From Deltaproteobacteria bacterium (GTDB lineage Bacteria; Myxococcota_A; UBA9160; JAJDAL01), in NCBI GenBank assembly GCA_029261875.1, contig JAJDAL010000059.1:4115-68114 (forward strand): a stretch of DNA of 64,000 nt, in the 5' to 3' direction. Below, piece by piece: positions 58,614 through 64,000 of this stretch. Position 1 is the stretch's first letter, and each line of letters starts with the position of its first letter. The notes under the pieces were generated by a model. It was not told the DNA's origin, searched no databases, and saw only the letters and a list, made by a program, of their open reading frames with translations. A program made the translations under genes and the position numbers.

Positions 58614-60035
58614 ATGACCACATCCAATACGACACCGGAGGTGGGCGAAGACTTTACGCCCACAGAGCGACTCCTGCGCATCTTCACCGATGTACGGCCG
58701 GGAGAAGGCCGCATCGCGGTGCTCATGTTCCTGAATATTTTCCTGGTCCTGTGCGCCTACTACTTCATCAAGCCGCTGAGGGAAGGATGGATCTCCATCT
58801 CGGATCTGGGGTCACTCTCCAAAACGGAAGTAAAGGCCTACACGAGCTTCGGACAGGGACTGCTCCTGATTCCGATCGTGAATCTGTATGGACGACTCGC
58901 CTCGAGTCTGCCGCGCGCCGTGGTGATCACGCGCTCCACCTTGTTCATGATGTCGAACCTGGTCGTGTTCTGGCTTTTACAGCCCGAGCTCTTTTTCGGC
59001 TACCTGCCGGGAACCGGAATCGCGTTCTACGTCTGGGTCGGCATCTTCGGCGTCTTCGTCGTCGCGCAATTCTGGGCCTACGCGGCGGACTTCTACACCA
59101 ACGAGCGGGGCCGCCGCTTGATCCCCCTGATCGCAATCGGTGCGACCGCGGGCGGAGCCATGGGGTCCAACCTCTCGAAGGCCTGGCTCGGAATGGGTCT
59201 GTTCGGGATGGAATCGTTGTTGCTGGCGGCCTTGATCCCGCTCGCTCTCGCCCTACTCCTCACGCGCTACACGGATTCCCGCGGGCCCCTGGGAACCGGC
59301 CGCCCCGATCCCGTTTCCGAGCCGGAACCCGCCGAGACGCCCGCAGAGTCCCGCAAGGGTGCGGCGGCGCTGGTGCTCAAGCACCGCTTCCTGTTCGCCG
59401 TAGCAGTCATCACGCTCCTATTGAACTGGATCAACACGAACGGCGAAAACCTTCTATTCAATTTCCTGCAGTCCTCGATCAGCGAACAGATCGCGGAACA
59501 AAATCTCGTCGGCGCGGCGGCGGACGATTTCCGTCTGCAAGCGGGGTCGATCTTTTATGCGGACCTCTATGGATGGGTGAACTGGATCGCCCTGGCCCTG
59601 CAAGCCATCGTCGCGTCGCGGCTGCTCAAGCATGGCGGGTTCGGTGCCATGTTGTTGGCCATGCCGATCATTGCTCTGGGCTCTTACGCGATGATGGCCT
59701 GGCTTCCGATTCTCGCGGTGATTCGCTGGATGAAGATCGCGGAAAACGCAACCGACTACTCCATCAACAACACGGCGCGCCACGTTCTTTGGCTGCCGGT
59801 TCCCAGGAGTATGGTGTACAAGGGGAAACCCACCGTCGATACCCTTTGGGCCCGACTCGGCGACGGCATGGCGGCACTCTCGGTTCTGCTGGTGGACCGG
59901 ATCTTCGATCTCTCGCTTACGACCTTTGCGTATCTGAACATTCTCCTCGTTCTGATCTGGCTCCGCTATGCTTTCCGCGTGATCCAAGGGCACAAGCGCT
60001 TGTCCGCCGGAGAACCCGCTGATGCGCTGGCCTAA
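58614..60035 (+). CDS. NTT/TLC-family nucleotide (ATP/ADP-type) transporter
   Basis: AYYFIKPLRE, FYVWVGIF..AQFWAYAAD, ENATDYS and YKGK..VDT..R.GD motifs. Confidence 0.85.
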   Translation: MTTSNTTPEVGEDFTPTERLLRIFTDVRPGEGRIAVLMFLNIFLVLCAYYFIKPLREGWISISDLGSLSKTEVKAYTSFGQGLLLIPIVNLYGRLASSLPRAVVITRSTLFMMSNLVVFWLLQPELFFGYLPGTGIAFYVWVGIFGVFVVAQFWAYAADFYTNERGRRLIPLIAIGATAGGAMGSNLSKAWLGMGLFGMESLLLAALIPLALALLLTRYTDSRGPLGTGRPDPVSEPEPAETPAESRKGAAALVLKHRFLFAVAVITLLLNWINTNGENLLFNFLQSSISEQIAEQNLVGAAADDFRLQAGSIFYADLYGWVNWIALALQAIVASRLLKHGGFGAMLLAMPIIALGSYAMMAWLPILAVIRWMKIAENATDYSINNTARHVLWLPVPRSMVYKGKPTVDTLWARLGDGMAALSVLLVDRIFDLSLTTFAYLNILLVLIWLRYAFRVIQGHKRLSAGEPADALA

Positions 60036-60981
60036 GCTCCTTCCCTTCCTTCTTTTCGTTTTCGTGCTGGCCGTCGATCCCGCCCGGGGCGACGGAACCG
60101 AGGGCGACACGTCCGACATCGAGATCATCCAGGATCCCGTACTCGAGCAGATGCGACGACTGGATGCGATCGCACCGTTCGAAGACAAGGCGCCTCTCTG
60201 GAACCACATCGATCCCGCGCTGCAAGCGTCGGTTCGGCAGATTCTCAAAGAGCGGGGTTACGAAAAGGCAATCCGGCGCAACCGACTCGCCGTCGTGCTG
60301 GTGGACATCTCGGACGCGAAGCAACCGAAGGTCGCCGCCGTCAACGGCGACACCATGATGTACGCCGCGAGCCTGCCGAAGATCGCCGTCCTGCTGGGCG
60401 CGTTCGAAAAAATTGCCCAGGGCGAGATGGAATACGACCGAAGCACGAAGCAGAGTCTGCATCGCATGATTCAAGATTCGTCGAATACGGCGGCGACGCA
60501 GATGATGAACGAGGTGGGCAAGGCGTACATCGCGCGCGTCCTGATGTCCCCGCGCTACCGCCTCTACGACCCCAAGCACAACGGAGGCCTCTGGGTCGGA
60601 AAGGATTACGCCAAAGCCGGACTATGGCGCCGCGACCCGCTCCACAACCTCTCCCATGGCGCGACGGCCATGCAGGTCGCACGTTTCTACTACCTCCTGC
60701 GCAACGGCGACCTCGTCACGCCCCATTACAGCGAGCAGATGAAACAGATCATGAAGGGATCGAATCTCGAACACAAATTCGTGCGCGCCCTGCGCCAACT
60801 GAATCCCGCGACGCTGCTGTTTCGCAAGTCGGGATCCTGGCGAACCTTCCATTCGGACTCGGCTCTGGTGGAAAAGCGAGGCTACAGCTACATCGCCGTG
60901 GTGCTGTCGAACAGCGCCGAAGGCAACAAGTGGTTGGGGGAAATCATCGTGGCACTCGACGGAATCGTCGAGTCGAGCTGA
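60022..60981 (+). CDS. Exported class A beta-lactamase-like serine hydrolase (PBP-A-like)
   Basis: Signal peptide; ASLPK (SxxK), SSN and KSG motifs. Confidence 0.85.
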   Translation: MRWPKLLPFLLFVFVLAVDPARGDGTEGDTSDIEIIQDPVLEQMRRLDAIAPFEDKAPLWNHIDPALQASVRQILKERGYEKAIRRNRLAVVLVDISDAKQPKVAAVNGDTMMYAASLPKIAVLLGAFEKIAQGEMEYDRSTKQSLHRMIQDSSNTAATQMMNEVGKAYIARVLMSPRYRLYDPKHNGGLWVGKDYAKAGLWRRDPLHNLSHGATAMQVARFYYLLRNGDLVTPHYSEQMKQIMKGSNLEHKFVRALRQLNPATLLFRKSGSWRTFHSDSALVEKRGYSYIAVVLSNSAEGNKWLGEIIVALDGIVESS

Positions 60982-60997
60982 CCCCGACCCCGCCGCC

Positions 60998-62341
60998 TCA
61001 ATTCCCTTCGGCGGCGTTCAGCAGTTCTTCTTCCGAAATCTGCGGTTCGGCCTTCGGCGGCATCCCCACCGAATGGAAGGACTCCACCAATCGGTGAATC
61101 CGCGTGGCGAGGGTTTGATGTTCGACGGCGGAGTTCTTTCGCAACACATTCGAGAGCACTACGGAGATGTAGTGGAGCTCAGGCTGCTCGTCGTAGACCT
61201 CGACGCCCGCCACGGAGTTCAAATAATTCAGCCGATTGCCCTGGTATTTCTTGCAGGTAAATCCTTCTTCCGGCTTGCAGCTATAGAGGGACCCCGACTT
61301 GAAATAGACCGCCGCGTTGGCGAGGGCCGGCGACGAGCCGTAGCGAATTCGGCGGTCCGAAAGATAGAGGAGCCGCTTGATTTCGAGGCTCGAGAACGGA
61401 TCCACCAATTTTCCCTGCTCCATCTTGAGCATGAAGCGAAGCAACTCGCGCGCCGTGGCGTGGCTCGAGGTTCCAGGCACGCGTTTCTTCCCCTCGCGCG
61501 TAAAGAAGCTTCCCTGACGCAGGGCCTTGAGGTCGAGCCCGTTTCGGGTGACGGGAGTCGTGATGGCGTCCAGGAAAATGCGCTGTAGGTCCGTCTTCTT
61601 CGAATCCGCGAAAAACGCGTCCGCCCGCGCTACGGGAACCGGGTACTCCGTCCCGAAATGCTTCAAAAGCACGAGCTGCGACATCAACATGGCCGCCGCG
61701 GCATTGGAGCTGCTGGAACACATCCAATCCAGGTAGGTCCACAGGTTCGCGGTGTCGCCTTCTTGGATCGGGCGTTTACGAACGCGGTCGCCGCCGATTT
61801 CGTAGAAGGGAACGACGTGGGAATCTTTGCGAATGAACCCGTTGGCGGTGAGTTGGGTGTTCTTCAGAATGGCGCGCCGCGCGTCCAGGTCGTCGGGATA
61901 GACGTCCGCCAGCGCCTGGAAGATCCCCAAGGCGACGAGGACTTTCCCGACGGAACCGGGATTCTGGATCTTATCCGGATTCACCGCCGCGTACTTGGGG
62001 TTGGCGGGATCCGTGATATCGAGAACGACGACGCCGTACCTCGACTTCTCGGATTCCAACAGAGCCGCCACCTTCGCGGAAAACGCGGCGTCGGGCGCGG
62101 GCAAGGCGAAGTCCGGATTGCCGAGCATGCGCAGCGTCACGCGATCGCTGGGAAACGTTCCTCCCTTCGCGAGCCGTCCGGCCTGGACCAGGGGCTCCAT
62201 GGCCAGGCGATACCCTTCGAGGCGCGTAATGCCCGTCCACTCCATGCCATCCAGGGGATACGCGTGCGTCCCCCCAGCGGAAAACGCCATGGCGGCTGCG
62301 AGCAACAGGGAAACTGCGGAAAGACTTCGGGAACGATTCAT
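60998..62341 (-). CDS. Exported beta-lactamase/PBP-like serine hydrolase
   Basis: Signal THA|YPLD; SVGK, SSN and KSG motifs. Confidence 0.8.
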   Translation of the reverse strand: MNRSRSLSAVSLLLAAAMAFSAGGTHAYPLDGMEWTGITRLEGYRLAMEPLVQAGRLAKGGTFPSDRVTLRMLGNPDFALPAPDAAFSAKVAALLESEKSRYGVVVLDITDPANPKYAAVNPDKIQNPGSVGKVLVALGIFQALADVYPDDLDARRAILKNTQLTANGFIRKDSHVVPFYEIGGDRVRKRPIQEGDTANLWTYLDWMCSSSSNAAAAMLMSQLVLLKHFGTEYPVPVARADAFFADSKKTDLQRIFLDAITTPVTRNGLDLKALRQGSFFTREGKKRVPGTSSHATARELLRFMLKMEQGKLVDPFSSLEIKRLLYLSDRRIRYGSSPALANAAVYFKSGSLYSCKPEEGFTCKKYQGNRLNYLNSVAGVEVYDEQPELHYISVVLSNVLRKNSAVEHQTLATRIHRLVESFHSVGMPPKAEPQISEEELLNAAEGN

Positions 62342-64000
62342 CGGCTGGACACCTCGGGGACTTGGAACAACGAGACACGTTGATCGCCGCGCTGCTGGAA
62401 TTTCTGATCCAATTTCGAAAGGTAAACACTGGATTGAGCGCTTCGGCTCTCGACCAGTGGGCGGATCTGGAGCAAGGCGAGCTTACCATCACGGAAGGCG
62501 AATTCGATGTCTGCCGGCGCCGCATCCCCGTCCACCGTCCGCAAGGTCGGGAAACGTGCGGGGGCATCCTTCGCAATCTCGATCAACTGCGCGATCTCTC
62601 CGGGCTGCAACACCGCATCGGTCCCGGTCGCGCGAACCCGCTTCACTCCACCGTGGGGCGAAAGAATCGCCCGCGTCGGCGCCGTGGACTGGGAGAGAAA
62701 TCGGACTTCGCCGGTCTTGGAACGAATCCGCAGGGATTCCGTGGCCTGTCCGTCGACCGCTCCGCCGACGCCTTCGCTCACGGCGACCGAGAGCCAGCCC
62801 GATTCACCGCTTTCCAGGTCCGTCGTCACCATCACGCCGGATTTCTCCGCCGGGAAGCTGTACTGGACCACCACGGCGGGAAACACGTATTCGGGCTGAT
62901 CCATATGGGCCTGGCGCCAGCGATAAGCGCGTTCCGTAAAGGGCGACGACCAAACCTGCTGCACCGCCTTCGCGATGTTGTCGAAGCCCACGACGTTGGG
63001 AATCGTCAGGTTGAGGCCTGCGCCCGTAAAGCCCGGTAGGTCTTCCACGTTCGTGTCGCTGCGCACGAACGCGCCATAGCTGCCTTCTTTTCCGAAGCGC
63101 TGCTCCAAGGCAACGCGAAGCTTGCCCCGAAACTCCGGCCCGGGATCCACGCTCTGAATCCAGTCCCGTAAGCGATCCAGGAACGCGCGGACTACTTTTT
63201 GTCGCTCGGCACCTTCGAGCTTCGCGATGGTGGCGTAGCGCTCCTTCATCCACGCGAAGACCGGAGGTCCGCCGGCTTCGAGGGGTTGGTCGAGCAGCGC
63301 GCGAAAGACACCGAAGGGGATCACGAACCCGTCGGGAACGATATTCCCGAAGTGGTGTTTCAGTTCTCCCAGGTTGGCGCCTTTCGGTCCCGACACGCGC
63401 CCCGAATCCGTCGCGCGCAATTTCGAAAGCGGAACGAATTTCGTCTCGGTCAAGTCGAGCTTTTCGAGATCGGGTTCGATCACCACGTCTTGAACCTTCT
63501 TCTCTTCGCCAAACACTTTGGCCCAGCGCGGCCCATCTTCGTCGAGCTGCACCACGCCGTTGGGGCTCACGGCCATCACGACGCGCTTGCCCACACGCTG
63601 GCGCACGGAATCGAGAATCTCGTCCCCCACCACGACGTTGGGGATACCCAGGTTGCGCGCCAGGAGTTGAACGTGGGAAAGCGAACTGCCCTCACCCTGG
63701 GTGAGAATGCCGCCAACGGGCGGCAGATCTGAAACCGTCTCGGGCAAGATGTAGATGCCTTCGCCATCCACACTCTCGGCGATGCCCTGACGAGAAGGCG
63801 AATACAACGCGCCGCGCGCCATTCCGGGGTTCAAGGCGCGCAACCCCGTACCGGCCCGGGTACCGAACAATTCGTGCTCGATCCCCGCAATGTGATTGGC
63901 GTCGCGAACCAGGCTGTCGACGACGGCGCCGACGACGAGCAAAGGACTTCCCCGCAAACGGTCCTGGGGAAAGAGGTGGGCCATGGGGTCGAGGGCGGAG
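62338..64000 (-). CDS. C-terminal part of a PEP-utilizer/dikinase-like protein (phospho-His domain followed by ATP-grasp); start lies outside the window
   Basis: LSHVQLLARNLGIP; GPKGANLGEL, VRSDTNVEDLPGFTGAG, SGVMVT and DIEF..LQIRP motifs. Confidence 0.85.
   Translation of the reverse strand, partial: SALDPMAHLFPQDRLRGSPLLVVGAVVDSLVRDANHIAGIEHELFGTRAGTGLRALNPGMARGALYSPSRQGIAESVDGEGIYILPETVSDLPPVGGILTQGEGSSLSHVQLLARNLGIPNVVVGDEILDSVRQRVGKRVVMAVSPNGVVQLDEDGPRWAKVFGEEKKVQDVVIEPDLEKLDLTETKFVPLSKLRATDSGRVSGPKGANLGELKHHFGNIVPDGFVIPFGVFRALLDQPLEAGGPPVFAWMKERYATIAKLEGAERQKVVRAFLDRLRDWIQSVDPGPEFRGKLRVALEQRFGKEGSYGAFVRSDTNVEDLPGFTGAGLNLTIPNVVGFDNIAKAVQQVWSSPFTERAYRWRQAHMDQPEYVFPAVVVQYSFPAEKSGVMVTTDLESGESGWLSVAVSEGVGGAVDGQATESLRIRSKTGEVRFLSQSTAPTRAILSPHGGVKRVRATGTDAVLQPGEIAQLIEIAKDAPARFPTLRTVDGDAAPADIEFAFRDGKLALLQIRPLVESRSAQSSVYLSKLDQKFQQRGDQRVSLFQVPEVSSR

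Noticed and set aside
60022-62341. Possible beta-lactam resistance genes
   Set aside because: SxxK/SxN/KSG are present, but I see no class A omega-loop ExxLN; more likely PBP-like enzymes.
62338-64000. Phosphoenolpyruvate synthase or rifampin phosphotransferase call
   Set aside because: The His domain precedes the ATP-grasp and the protein ends there, which fits neither architecture.

Overview
GC-rich (roughly 65%), densely coding chromosomal window. Its gene content (three F420-dependent enzyme families, an HpnN-like RND transporter, a DUF1302-type outer-membrane protein, PEP-CTERM proteins and Cys-rich secreted proteins) suggests an uncultured Myxococcota/Binatia-like bacterium; this is inference only. 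About 45 CDSs cover lipid/CoA metabolism, envelope glycosylation and secreted paralog families. I found no tRNA, rRNA, CRISPR array or transposase. Highlights absent from the ORF track: (1) a complete ribosome-dependent attenuator with a Phe/Tyr/Trp-rich leader peptide in front of DAHP synthase; (2) a ~200-nt closed, multibranched candidate ncRNA at 37054-37253; (3) an orphan sulfatase C-terminal remnant; (4) many apparently leaderless genes and two sigma54 promoters. Candidate novel systems: a module of an NTT nucleotide transporter, two exported PBP-like serine hydrolases and a glucan-water-dikinase-like enzyme at the right end; a tandem array of four PEP-CTERM paralogs beside GT-C/TPR glycosylation genes; and an RND-cNMP-TerB fusion. 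All product calls come from motif recognition by eye; no database search was run.
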